NCBI RefSeq assembly: GCF_006345805.1
Contig: NC_043000.1
Span: 77,252,001-77,316,000 of the forward strand
Length of the DNA: 64,000 nt
Reading direction: 5' to 3'
From: Octopus sinensis
Lineage: Eukaryota
Program-made: the position numbers and the translations under genes
Part shown: positions 10,682-23,977 of the stretch, piece after piece
Layout: each line of letters opens with the position of its first letter
Numbering within the stretch: position 1 is the stretch's first letter
Notes under the pieces: generated by a model
Seen by the model: only the letters and a program-made list of their open reading frames with translations
Databases searched by the model: none
What the model was told of the DNA's origin: nothing

Positions 10682-13600
10682 ATGGCAAAACTTAGAATCG
10701 GTTGCTTGAATGTGAGAGGCCTCGGGTCACCTTGGAAACAGGGTCACCTGTTAAACGACCTGAGGTTTCATGATGTGGATGTAGCAGCCATTAGTGAAAC
10801 CAGGCTCTCCGACCCGCAGGAACTCGCAGCCCTTTTCGGCGGATACGAGATATTTCTATCTCCGTGTCGGCCGGGAGCGGGCGGTGGTGGTACTGCAGTG
10901 TTGTTTCTGAAGGGCCTGGACTTGAAAATAAGGACAGTCTTCCTGGATCCGGAAGGTAAGTTGGTGGTCCTCGACGTAGACGGTAGTGACGGTGGTGCTT
11001 TAAGACTGCTGGCTGCCTACACCCCGACAGGAGCAGGGCAGTCGGATTATTTCAAACGTCTGGAAGTTTTCCTGGGAACGTCACGCACTCTAGTGCTAGT
11101 TGGGGATTGGAACGCTGTCTTAGACGAACGTTTCGATCGGGTGGGCAGGGGAGCATCTGATAGGAGAGGGGGGTGCAAGAGACTCGCCAACCTACTCGGG
11201 CGCTTTCAGCTGTCCAACAGGTTTCGACTAGACAACCCGAATGTGTCAATGTGGACTTGGACCAATCGCATCGAGTCGTCTAGATCGTACTTAGATAGAG
11301 TGTTTTGTAGGCCAGCGGATAAGGACAGCATAGGGTGTCCACAATTTCACCTAGTCGACTACACGGACCACAAATTCGTGATCTGTACGGTCGACTTAGA
11401 TAGGCTACATAGACAGGGACCCGGCTACTGAAAGCTGAACGCGTCGTTAACGGCGTGCAAAGCTTACAGAGACCGGATTAGTTTACCAGTTAAGCGGTCG
11501 CTCACGGGGGCAATCATCAACAACAACTGGTGGTTTGCCCTCAAGAGAGCAATTAGAGTAGAGTCGATTAGGTTTAGTAAGACTCTAGGTATTGAACGTA
11601 GGAAGAGAGAGCGGGATTTAGTTAAGAAACTAGACGAGGCTCTTGACACTGGCATCGCGACCGACGTGTTGGCGGCAAGGTTGGCCCTCGACCAACACTT
11701 TGACACCAAACACGAAGGCTGCGTTGTCAGAGCTAAGGCACGTTCGCTAAGCGAGGAGGGGACTAGAGCCGCTCGATGGGCCCGCGTGGCGGAGGCGAAG
11801 CGAGGCAACAAAGCAACCATTCGGTCTTTGGTGGACCAGAACGGGCGCGAGGTTACCCAACCGAAGCAGATGTGTGCGGTGTTTCAGCGGCGCTTTGCTC
11901 AACTGTTTGGGACGAGCGGTGGAACGGACAACGGTACAGACTTCGGTGTGTACCTGGACGGCCTACCGCAACTCTCGGACAGCGAGGCAGAGTGCTGCGA
12001 AGGACGAAGAGTTGCACGAGAGGTAGATCGCCGGGTTTGGATGGTCTGCCCTACGAGCTTTACACTTCAATGCCAGACTTGTTTGCGGGCCTGTTGGCAA
12101 ACGTCTACTGCAACTGGCAGCAAAACGGGAGAATTCTTGCTTTTGTCTGTCGAGGGGTGGTGGCTTTGCTGAGAAAGGATCCAAACAAGGGGAACATTAT
12201 AGGGAATTTTCGGCCCATCACTCTGCTCAATGCAGAGTTGAAGATTTTGGCCAAGGTGCTAGCCAAGAGATTGGCGCTTGTCGTGGACAAGCTGGTTGGC
12301 AAGATGCAGACATGCGCCGTGCCGACCAGGTCGATACACGACAACCTCCATCTCATGCGCTACATCATAGAGAGGGTGGGTAACGAAGCTGGCGTGGGTG
12401 GGGCTTTGACCAATTTAGATCAGAGTAAAGCCTTCGATAGGGTCGACCATCGGTACCTGGCAGCTGTTCTCAAGGCAGCTGGCTGCGGTCCAGTCTTCCG
12501 CGGGTGGATCGCTGCTTTATACTGCAATGTCTGCTCGGTGATACGGGTGAACTGTCACCTTTTGGGACCGTTTGACATCTCGCGTTCGGTCCGCCAAGGA
12601 TGCCCTATCTCCTCCCTCTGGTACATATTGACTCTCGAGCCATTACTGCGCAAGTTGGAGGCTTTGAGGGGTATCCCGCGCGATCTAGGAGGCGGAAACA
12701 GCGTGTCTGCCTATGCCGACGAGGTCACCGTGATGGTGTCGACCCACAGGCACATTGACCTGATTGGCGAGACGCTAAACGAGTACGAAGCGGTGACAGG
12801 GGTAAAGACTAACGCGGAAAAGTCTGTGGGCTTGCAACTGGACACCTGGAGAGGCAAGACCATGCCGTCCAACAGCGTCGTAGGGCGCTGGACAGACGGA
12901 CCCGTTAAACTGCTCGGGGTCTGTTTCGGTCCGTACCTCCAGGTGGATAAAAACTGGGAAGAAGTGACGAGCAGGATGGCACGTCTCACCCAGAAATGGG
13001 CCGAGAGGAAGCTGTCCGTGAATGGTCGAGCGGAGGTGGCGAATGCGTACATCGCATCCGTCATCTATTACCGCTTAACCGTCGTCCCTTGTCCCGACCA
13101 CAGGTTGGCCAAGATGGTGCGCCTGCTCTTCGACTTTTTGTGGAAGGGTCAGGTGCCACTGGTCAGGCGATCCATCTGCTGTCAACGACCGCTGAACGGA
13201 GGCCTTGGCATGCCGTGGTTACTGATGCGCAGACATGCGCCCAGGCTGCAAATCTCAAGCGTTTCCTAGACGGTGAACAGGTGTGGTCGTCTTTTGTCAG
13301 ACGCGACTTTCCGCAGCTCGTCTCTTTGACAGAGCTGCAGACCTGGATCAAACGTAGACCGAGAAAGGGCACTTGGCACCTCGAGTGCCGTCAAGCTCTC
13401 TCCGCCCTCCGCCAAGCGGGCAATGCGATCTGCGATCGGTTTTAGTTCCACTCTAGCGTTCTATAGAGGGTTAACTCCAGGCGTTGATGATAACGAACTG
13501 AGCGGTCTGTTCGGAAGGACTTTCGGGCCGGGGCTAATGGATAATTTCCAGACGTCGCTCGCCTGGCAGTGCTACCGAGGGGCTCTGCCTGTTCGGGATA

Positions 13601-13928
13601 AACTCTACCGGCACGGAAGTACCGTCAGCCGGGTCTGCCCGAGGTGTTGCCAGGACGACGAACCGTTCTGCACACACTCGTCCAGTGCCCGAATATTGCT
13701 GAACTATGGGTTTATGTCGAACAGCTACTGTCACGTATAGGACGGATCCAGCTATCAGCTGAATCCATAGTGAAGATTGCCCCGCCGACCTCCTTCAACA
13801 AGTTACACTTGAAAAGGAAGATGAGGTTAGAGAGGAGAATGCTGTCTGATAGCAAGTTTTCTGAAAGGTGGGTGAATTGTGCAAGAATGGCCAGTGTAAA
13901 TGGACCAATTCTCAGGTTTCACCTGTAA
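10682..13928 (+). pseudogene. Tx1 ORF2, copy B (dead)
   Basis: TGG>TGA stop at 11429-11431, ~28-bp deletion near 12005, catalytic YADD changed to YADE, and further indels at ~13250-13500 and ~13800. Confidence 0.92.
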
Positions 13929-14219
13929 TTGAAAAAGGTATTATAAAAGGAGAAAGGGGCTCTCTACCCCCCTTCTGACCAGGCTTCCGTGGCTTTTATG
14001 GGTTTTTCCACGTGAGACCTTTTCTTTTTTCGTAACGCCTCCCCTTATTGGGAGTTTTTCGTTGTTATATTTTCGTTGTTAAACTGCCTTTTTACTCGAT
14101 TGTTTCAAAAACCGACAAAACCTTTTGTAACCTTTTGTCCTGTTTTGTCCCTTTATGTTTTCTAATCATATTTGTCAGCCCTTGTGGCCAATAAAAAGAA
14201 TTAATTAATGCTCTGATGG

Positions 14220-17200
14220 TTACTGTATTGAAAGTGTTCTGCATAGGATGTGTGCAGTGCCTAGTAGCGCAATTTTTTGTATGTTATATGTGTTTGTAAG
14301 TCCTGGTGTTTTTGTTATGTATTTGTCTGAATATTTTTTATCATGCCTAATGCACCTACTATGATAGGAATTGTTTCTGTTTTTAGATTCCACATTCTGG
14401 TTACCTCTATTTCCAGATCTTTGTATTTTGAAAGTTTCTCCATTTCTTTTAGAGACACGTTGTCATCTGCCGGTATTGATACATCAATTAGAAAGCATTT
14501 TTTTCTTCATGATTTCTGACAACTATATCTGTTCTGTTGGCCTTAATTTCTCTATCTGTGTGTATCGGCATATCCCAGAGTATGGTTGCTTTCTCGTTTT
14601 CTGTGACCTTTTCTGGTGTGTGACTATACCATCTTTTTTCTGTTGTTATTCCATAATGTTGGCATAGCTTCCAGTGTATGTAGGTTCCAACTCTGTCATG
14701 TCTGTGAATATATTCCTTCTTAGCCAGGAATGGGCAGCCAGAGATAATATGATTTATTGTTTCTTGTCCATCTCCACATATTCTGCAGTTACTTGTTATA
14801 TTTCTTTTCCTTACATGTTTTTGGTAATTTCTGGTGGGGAGGCTTTGGTCTTGTGCTGCAATTAAAAATCCCTCTGTCTCTGCTTTGAGTCCTGAGCTTC
14901 TCAACCATTGCTGGGATTTTTCTTTGTCTATTTCTTTTGCGTTTAGTTTAGTCCACTATTTACCATGAAGGGGCTTTTCTTGCCATCGTTTTATCATGGT
15001 TTTTTGCTGTTCTATTTTTAGTTTGGATTTCATTTGTTTTATAGCTTTTGTTGTTTCTTCTTCTTCTTCTTCTTCTTCTTCTTCTTCTTCTTCTTCTTCT
15101 TCTTCTTCTTCTTCTTCTTCTTCTTCTTCTTCTTCTTCTTCTTCTTCTTCTTCTTCTTCTTCTTCTTCTTCTTCTTCTTCTTCATATTTATTAGGTGGTG
15201 TGATTTCTTGTTTGTATTTGTCAGCTTCCTTAAATATTGAGAACAGTTTTTTGTTTTGCTCGTGTTTTGCCGCTATTTGTATCAGTTTTCCTTCCTTCTG
15301 AAGTAGATATTTTTGAAGTCCTATGGTGGTTATTTTATTGTAGTTTTCCAGCTGTATAAGGCCTCTACCACCTTTTATACGTTGTATATATAGTCTTTCT
15401 ATGTCAGATTTTGGGTGATGCATTCTAGATCCTGTCATTATTTTTCTTGTTTTCCTATCTATTTTGGTCAGTTCATTTAGTGTCCAGTAAAGTATATTGT
15501 AACTGGTACGGCTAAAGTGTTAATACCTATTATCTTGTTTTTAGCAGCGCTCTGTTTTTAGTATTGATCTAACTCGTCTATAATATTCTTTTTTTATTTT
15601 CTCTTTCATTTGTGTGTGTTGTGTCTCATCTAGTTCATGAATTCCTAAGTATTTGTAAGTTTGGCTTTGGTCTAATTCTTTTATTTCATTGGTTTTATCT
15701 AGTGTGATGTTGCTACTCTTAACTATTTTTCCTCTTTTCAGGGTTACTTTGGCGCATTTTTCTAATCCAAATTTCATATCTATTTCTTTGGTAAATCCAT
15801 GAACTGTCTTTAATAGTGTTTCCAGCTGTTTGTCATTTGCAGCATATAGTTTTAGGTCATCTATATATAAAAGGTGGCTGATCGTTTTGCCGTAACATTT
15901 ATATCCGCATCCAGTTCTATTTAGCATATAAGATAGAGGTGACAGTGCCAAGCAGAAAAGGAGTGGAGAGAGCGTGTCTCCCTGGAATATTCCTCTTCTA
16001 ATGGGGATGGCTTTGGTTTTCATGAGTCCCTCTTTTGTTTGGAGCTGTAGCACTGTTTGCCATTTATTCATAGAGTGCCCTATGAATTTTATAATTGTTG
16101 GCGCTACTTTGTTAATGGCTAGTGTTTCGAGGATCCATGTGTGGGGGATGCTATCAAACGCCTTTTTGTAGTCGATCCAGGCCATACTGAGGCCTTTCTT
16201 CTTTCTGTGGCTGTCTTCAGTTATGGCTTTATTAATCATTAGTTGATTTTTACAGCCATATGAGCCTTTGCGGCATCCTTTCTGCTCTTCTGGAAACAGG
16301 TTGTTTTCGTCAAGGTGCTTGTTCAGCCTTTGCGATATCACTGCAGTAAATGCCTTGTACATTGTAGGGAGATAGGTTATTGGTCTGTAGTTTTCTGGTT
16401 TTGCTGTCTCATTTGATTTGGGAATTAAGATGGTTTTCCCCTTCGTGAGCCATTCATGCATTGTCTCTGGCTCTGCTAGTATGTTGTTAAAGTTTTCAGC
16501 CAGCTTTTTGTGCATTCCTGTTAGATATTTCAACCAGAAGTTGGGGATCTTGTCATGCCCAGGTGCCTTCCAGTTGCTTAGTCTTTGCAGTGCCTGGGTG
16601 ACCTCTTCAGTTGTTATGGGGGTCCAAAGTTGCTCAGATGCTGAGTTTGTTGTTTTAATACTCCTTTTTTTTAGTTGATCGTTCGCCGACCATATTTCTC
16701 TCCAGAATTCTTCCACTTCTTCTGCCGTTGGTGCTGCAGTGATTTCTATTTTATTTTTGCCAAGTTCTTGGTAGAACTTTTTGGGATTGGAGTTGAACTT
16801 TTTGTTTTGTTCAAAGAAGCGCTGGCGTTTCTCGTACCGGCGGATCCTTTGTGCTTTGGCAAGGATATCTTGCTTCGGCTTTTCTTTTATCTCAAGTACA
16901 TCTTTTTCTGTGATGTTATATTTGCGGAGTATTTTTGTTTTCTTTTTGTTGCTCAGTAGCGTTGATTGTCTACTGATTTCATTAAGAATCGACAGATCTT
17001 TTCTCCTTTTTTGTATTTTGTTTTGGATGTTATTTATCCACAGGGTTTGTTTGGGTGGTGGTACTCCTGTTTGGATGGGTTTGAGTGAGTATCCAGCTTC
17101 TTTTGTGGCTGCAGTGGCTGCTGCGTATACTAAGTCATTTAGCTCAGTGATATCGCTTTTCGTTTCAGTGGCTATTAGTTCCGTGACGGCTAGGTTTATG

Positions 17201-17903
17201 CTGTTTATAATTGGAGTTGTTGTTTAGTCTATTTTGATTTTTGGGAGGTATGGTCGGTGGTCCATTTTGAGCTCTGTGGTTTTCAGTTCTTTGACTATTT
17301 TACTTTTTATATTATCATAATCATTAGGCTCCCCTTCGTTGTTTCCAGGTTTTAGATTTGTGTCGCTTTCTTTCTTATTTATATGTTTATTTGCTGTGTT
17401 TTGGCTTGCTGTTTGTCGTGTATTATTATGCATCCTTACGGTCTGGGTTTGTTGTTTTTTGTTTACATCGTGTTTTACTGTTTCAGTGTTTATATTATTG
17501 GGCATTGTTGTGTGGCTTCTATCTACATTTTCCTGGTGTATTTTTTCTTTTAGATGTTCTATTTCTATTTCTGATATGTTTTTGCGTTGAGAATGTATCT
17601 TCGTACGTTAGCTAGCTTATTAGGGTTCATTGCTGTATCCAAGTCTATATTTATGTTATTTTCCTTCCATATTTTATATGTATGTGTTGTTGTGTTTTCA
17701 TTTTTTGGGTAGAGCACTGCTGTGAAGTATGCGTGTAGGATAGAAATGTATTCCTCACGTGTCCATTTATGTCTTTTGGGTTTTATTTGCGGGACATGAG
17801 GAACAACGTCCGGCCCATTATTTTGATGGTCGTCATTTTCGTAGGGTACCGGTCCGTTCATTTCTGTTGTCACATTGTTTTGCACATGTAGTTTTTCGTA
17901 CAT
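14220..17903 (-). pseudogene. R4/Dong polyprotein (RT, CCHC, RLE), frameshifted
   Basis: ORF-track pieces 17565-17903, 17224-17505, 15541-16716, 14956-15438 and 14488-14904. Ends ...LLGTAHILCRTLSIQ* at 14220. Confidence 0.88.
15055..15183. repeat. (TTC)~43 microsatellite inside the Dong ORF (poly-Glu on minus strand)
   Basis: Pure ttc run. The reading frame KYKQEITPPNKY-E(n)-TTKAIKQ is preserved. Confidence 0.95.
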
Positions 17904-18052
17904 TCTGTGTTGTAAGTTGTAAGTTGTAAGTTGTACGTACTTCCCGATTGTTATTCTTGGGTTGAATAATATCGGTGGTATTTAATTTCTTCGTAGTTCC
18001 TTTGTGCATGGTGTTTGGGGTCGGGGATGATCTGGTGTTGATGGATCGTAAT

Positions 18053-18280
<228 letters not shown>

Positions 18281-19222
18281 GAATGAAAGAGCAAAGCACG
18301 CCATCAAAGTGACTCTTAGATACAAATATACGAAGTCCAGTGTATCCATCATGACTACTCCTCTGATAAGTGTACACCAGGCACATGCAACACAACCATA
18401 TGTGCGCGACATTGTGGTCTCATATCAAGATAAACAGCGCATGACCTTGCAAGTGGGGCCCAGTTAAAGTTTTCTTCAGGTCGAGTAGCCCACCCCGCTC
18501 AAAAGATCCCTGAATAAGGTTTGTTTAAAAATGATGAACGGAACAGCCATGTTCCCAGAGGGGATTTTATTTAAAGTCCAAAGAATTCCTCTAAACACAT
18601 GGCTATGATGCCCCCCCCCACTGATCTTGCTCGTGACCAGTGGTGCACATATTGTCAACTACTTAAGAACAAACTCAGCTGGTCAAGGTGAAGCAACTGC
18701 AAACAAATATATGATATTAAGCAGAATATTTGCTTGCAGCTCATCTTTTACACCAAGATAAAACATGTACATGATAACACTTCCAATCAGTTATGATCAG
18801 ATGCCACGAGAACATTACCTTGTACTGCATCAGGGCATTTATTATTATTATTGCACGACTTGGTGATCTTATATCAAGATAAACAGGTGGAGCCCAGTTA
18901 GAATTTTCTTCAGTTTGAGTAGCCCATCCCACCCAAAAGGCTCCTGAGTAAGGTTTGTTTAAGGATGATGAATGAAACACCCATGTTTCCTATGATGAAT
19001 TATACAAATCCCTAAAAAAGTCCTCTCAACACATGGCTATTATGTTCTCCACTACTACCGCTTGTGATCACAGATGCACATATTGTCATCCACCAAGGGA
19101 GATGCTCAACTGGTCAAGATCAAACAACTGATAAGAAAATCTGTGGTATTGAGCAGAATATTTGCTGTAGCCCATCTTTTATATACCAGAACAAAACATG
19201 TAGTTGATAACACTTCCAATCA
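18281..19222 (-). repeat. ~560-bp repeat plus a partial diverged tandem copy (possible Dong 5' UTR or separate SINE-like element)
   Basis: Blocks such as atatcaagataaacag...cccagtta...gagtagccca...taaggtttgtttaa occur at ~18421 and ~18871, and ttccaatcagtta..gatcag at ~18781 and ~19214. Confidence 0.7.
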
Positions 19223-19253
19223 GTTAAGATCAGAAGCCATGATAATAATAATA

Positions 19254-19344
<91 letters not shown>

Positions 19345-19363
19345 AATGATGATGATGATGATG

Positions 19364-19435
<72 letters not shown>

Positions 19436-21860
19436 CAAGTTGGAAGTTCATGTTGGCGTTATGCCTAGGGTGCTATATATTTGGTTTTGTACATAGTGTT
19501 GTTCTAGAGAATGTTTAAGAAACCATAAAAAAATCATGTTTGTTTTTAAATTTGAGATTACATAGAAAGTATTTTGCGTAGGATATGAGCAGTTCCCATG
19601 GGCACTATCTTTTGAATTTCTGCAATTTTGGGGTTTCCTGGTATCTGAGCTAGGTAGCAATCAGCCCCCTTTGCTATCATTCCCAGGGCATCTATGACAA
19701 CAGGTATTCTTTTAGTCTTCAGGTTCCACATTTTGCTCATTTCTATTTCAAGATCTCTATACTTGCTTGGTTTTTGGTAGGTCTTGACAGATACTTTTAT
19801 ATCGGTTGGGACAGTCATATCCATGAGGAGGCATGATTTTCGTCTGAAGTCTTTCAAAATGATGTCTAGCCTATTTACATCTATCTTTCTGTCAGTTTGA
19901 ATGGTGAAGTTCCAGAGGAGTGAGATGTAATCATTTTCAAGCACTGGAGGTGTTTTGTGTTCCCACCAGTTTTTATCATGGGGCAAGTCCAGGTTTTTGC
20001 AAATTACCCAGTGAATATATTGTGCAGCTCTATCATGCCTGTTGAGATACTCTGTAGGCGCTAGAAGACTGCACTTGGAGACAACATGATCAATGGTTTC
20101 ATTTTGTTGTTGAAATACACGACATGTTGGGCTACTGCCGTTCTTTAATACGTTGGCCTGGTAGTTCCTTGTGGGTAAGTATTGATCTTGGGCTGCTATG
20201 ATAAACCCTTCTGTTTCAGATTTTAAGCCAGAAGCCATTAGCCATTGATGGGTAAGTGTTTTGTCAACATCGGCATTATTCGCTCTCTTTGGGTATTTGC
20301 CATTAAGAGGTTTTTCTTGCCACTTATCAGTCAGAATATCTAAGGCAGCAGTTTTAGCACAGGTTTTCATGCGTTTAACTTTTCCTGCGCTTGTTTCTCG
20401 TATGTCTAATTCCGGAATTTATTGTATTTGGAATTCACTTAGATATTCCTTTGCCTGTTTTGTTACTGAGTATGATGCTTTCTAATTTCCATGTTTTGAG
20501 ACAAGTTTTAACATCTAGTCCCCAGAGTTTTTCAGGTATGTGTCTAGGCCAATTGTGGCAATCCTCATTGTTAATCTCAGTTGTAAAAGTCCACGGCCTC
20601 CCTCTTTTCTTGGCATATAAAGTCATTCTACATCTGTCTTAGGGTGGTGCATTCTATGCATTGTCAACAGTTTTTGTATTTTTCTGTCAAGATTACATAT
20701 TTCAGTAATTGACCAGTTAATGATATTGAAACTATAAGTCACGACTTGTATGGCTAAAGCATACTTTGCTCTCACCCTGCGATAGCATTCTCTCCTGATC
20801 CTTTCCTTCATCATTGAATGCCTGATTCCTTCCCCTTCAAGTATCCCTAGGTATTTGTAGCTGTCCGCTGGTTCTAAATCGTTTATGACATTCTGCTTCT
20901 CAAGGTTTACGTTAGATGTTCCTATCATTTTTCCTTTGATAAAGGTAGCTTTTGAACATTTATCGAAGCCAAACTGCGTTCTGATGTCATCACTGAATTG
21001 TTTAACAATTGCTGGTCATTTTTTGCAAAGAGCTTTAAATCATCCATGTAAATGTGATGATTTATACCTTTATCAAACATTTTATAACCGTACTGTGCAT
21101 CATTGAGCAATTTTGAGAGAGGTATTGAGGCTAGAGAAAAGAGGAGTGGTGATAGTGAGTCACCCTGGAAAATGCCACATGAAATTCTTACATCCCCAGC
21201 ATTTAGAGATTCATTGTCACTGTTCAAAGTCAGTGTGGTTCTCCATGATCTCATACTTACTGACAAAAAGTTTCGCAGAGTAGGAGCTATTTTATACATT
21301 TCCAGACATTTCTTAATCCAACTATGTGGTAGGCTATCAAAAGCTTTTTTTATAGCCTATTCAGGCTATTGGCAAATTTTTGTGTCGTTGTGACAATCTT
21401 CTAAGATCATCTTATTGATGAGTAACTGGTCTTTACGACCATAGGATCCACGTTTACATCCTTTTTTCTCATTAGGGAATATGCTGCGTTCTATTAAAAA
21501 ACTATAGGTATATTCAGTCAGGACAGATGTTAGCATTTTATAAGTGTTGTTAAGCAGGTTTATGGGTCTATAATTCTTTGGTTCATTTGTTTCTTCATTT
21601 TTTGGAAGATGGAATGTTAAACCATTAACTAGCCAAAAGGGCATCATACAAAACTTCGTTGTAAAGTTCTGTTAGCAGTTCATGGCTCTCAGGGAAGGCA
21701 TTCAACCACAAGTTAGGAATTTTATCCTTTCCTGGAAACTTCTATATGCTTGATCTCCTGAGAGCAGATCTTATATCTTCTACCTTGATATCCTTCCACT
21801 TTTGCTCCTCTAAGGAGTGTAAGTCTGTACATATTCTGTCAATCTAAGGGGCCTTTTCTT
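19436..21860 (-). mobile_element. R4/Dong-like LINE, 5'-truncated, decayed
   Basis: GIFQGDSLSPLLF, IYMDDLKLFAK, SGLKSETEGFIIAAQDQ, NRLDIILKDF...KYRDLEIE. Multiple frameshifts. Flanked by (AAT)/(GAT) tracts. Confidence 0.88.
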
Positions 21861-21904
21861 CATCATCATCATCATCATCGTCGTTGTTGTCGTTGTTGTT
21901 GTTG

Positions 21905-21941
<37 letters not shown>

Positions 21942-21944
21942 TTC

Positions 21945-23100
21945 ATCTACTACTGCCTCTCCATCGTGCCCTGTCTCAGTTGGAGTCGAACCAAACTGGA
22001 GCGCCTACTATTCCGCTTTCCGTGGAAGTGACGCGTTCCAATGGTCAGGAGCTCCATTTGCTGCTAACACTCGCTAAATAGATGGCTGGACATGCCGTGG
22101 CTATTGATGCGCAGACATGCGTTGAGCTTGTGGCATCTCCAGCGCTTCTTATACGGTGAGCTGGTGTGGTCGCTATATGTCAGATGCAATTTCCCATAGC
22201 TTGCCTTTTTGCCTAAGCTGTAGAGCTGGATCAAGGGTAGACCGAGGAAGGACTCCTGGCACCTAGAGTGTCGCCAGGCGCTCACACTCTTCTGTCAGCT
22301 GGGCAATGCGGTCAATGGAAATTCTACAATGGCGTTCTATAGCGGGTTAATGGCGGGTAAGTGCGACGACGTTCTCGGGGGGACTGGGCATCGACAAGAA
22401 CGAGTTGGTTGATTTGTTCCGGAGAACTTCGGACCGGGGCCTATGGATAATTTCCAGAAATCCTTGACCTGGCAGTGCTACCGAGTGGGGGATACTACCT
22501 GTTCGAGATAAACGCTACAGTCAACCGAGCTTGCCCGAGATGCGCGCTGAGTGACGAAACCGTTCTGCAGGCTCTCGTCCAATGCTCGAGAATTTCTGAC
22601 TCGGGTGTAAGACGAATCCGGTTATCGGCTGAGTCCGTTGTGAGGGTATCCCCTTGGCTGTTTTTCTTTGTCTGGTGGCCTTAGCGAAAGAGGTTGTGTG
22701 GTGGACCAGGTTGAAAGGGCTGAAGACATACTTTCCTCTTTAAACAAGTCCTCATCAACATTTGTAAATTTCACTTGAAAAGTAAAGTGAGGGTGGAGAG
22801 TGAAGTTCTTTCTCCTAGCTATTTTGTCAAAAGGTGGGTGAATGTCGCAAGACAGTGAATGGGCCTACTTTAAGTGTGCGTCTGTAGACAAAGCAGAAAG
22901 GGCACTGGTGGTCTGGTGATCAGGACTGCTGTAGACTTGTGGGGTTTTCACGAGCAGTCCTAGGAGGTTTCCCTCTTTTGGGGAATTTCCTTGTTATATT
23001 CGATTAATGGTTTTTACCCGACTTTCAATAACCCCACATTGTATTTGTCCTGTGTTGTCCATAATGTTTTTTTTATGTAAACACTTTGCGGTTAATAAAT
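21945..23100 (+). mobile_element. Tx1-clade LINE, older diverged 3' fragment
   Basis: YYCLSIVPC...MPWLLMRRHAL...CPRCALSDETVLQAL homology. Ends aataaa, followed by (ATT)/(GTT)n. Confidence 0.85.
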
Positions 23101-23129
23101 ACATCATTATTCTCATAATTATTATTATT

Positions 23130-23177
<48 letters not shown>

Positions 23178-23977
23178 ATTATTATTATTATTATTATTTA
23201 CTTTTGATCTGCATGTTTGTTACAGTCACCTGCCGAGACATACCCAGTGTCCTGGGCGAGTGAAGGATAAGAGATGTTACATTATGACTGAAAGCTTGGG
23301 AGAGGAAGTAGTGAAATACCTTCATGTACTACAACACAGACATTTTAGTGTATAGGGTTTTTCTGAGGACGCGGGCAGTACTTGTCATCTGCGTACTACA
23401 TTGCCTACAAAGTTTCTCCATGAAATTCAAGTTTGTACTATGAGGTTATTGTTTGGGTTGAGTTGGGCTGTATAGAAAGAGACGCACGCGCGCGTCTATA
23501 TTCCTCTCTATTCCATTTTATGCATTTTGTTAGGGTTATCCTGGATCTGGTTAACTAGTAGATGTTTTTTTATTTGTGAGTTTTTTCCCGCAGCAGTCGT
23601 TTCGACCCCAGTCTGACTCCTCATTGAGTAACGTGGTCCTTGTCATTAAAGCATTAACAGTAATAATAGGAGACCGGCCTGTTTGTTCAGAGTTGACTTT
23701 TGATCTGACACTGCTTCTTTGTTCTTCGAATGGATATATTTATCATACCGTAGGCTGGTAGATCGGAAATCGCCTCTATTTTTTTGTGGTAGCAATGTTT
23801 CCGAGCATAACTGTTTGGATATGTTTTAAACAGTCTTCTTCTTCTTCTTCTTCTTCTTCTTCTTCTTCTTCTTCTTCTTCTTCTTCTTCTTCTTCTTCTT
23901 CTTCTTCTTCTTCTTCTTCTTCTTCTTCTTCTTCTTCTCTTCTTCTTCTTCTTCTTCTTCTTCTTCTCATTATTATT

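Larger units (their letters stand above)
8508..14203 (+). mobile_element. Tx1-clade LINE copy B, apparently full length but inactivated
   Basis: Begins immediately after the (ATT)5 tail of copy A. Has a ~220-nt 5' UTR, ORF1 ATG at 8728, ORF2 ATG at 10682, and the same 3' end (gcccttgtggccaataaaaagaatt). Confidence 0.95.
14205..18052 (-). mobile_element. R4/Dong-like LINE, near full length, tail-to-tail with Tx1 copy B
   Basis: Single-ORF layout on the minus strand: N-terminal RHKWTREEYISILHAYF, RT (WIDYKKAFDSIPH, FQGDTLSP, LYIDD), CRICGDGQETINHIISGC zinc motif, and RLE (NRTDIVV...). The 3' UTR is cut ~15 nt after the stop. Confidence 0.9.

Noticed and set aside
4780-13928. GC-rich long ORFs suggesting bacterial contamination or horizontal transfer
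   Set aside because: They are APE-RT ORF2s of Tx1 LINEs with ORF1, UTRs and microsatellite-joined ends.
23585-23635. Hammerhead-like remnant on the minus strand (caatgaggagtc...ggtcgaaacgac)
   Set aside because: The core CTGATGA is broken and stem II does not pair. At most a decayed PLE trace.
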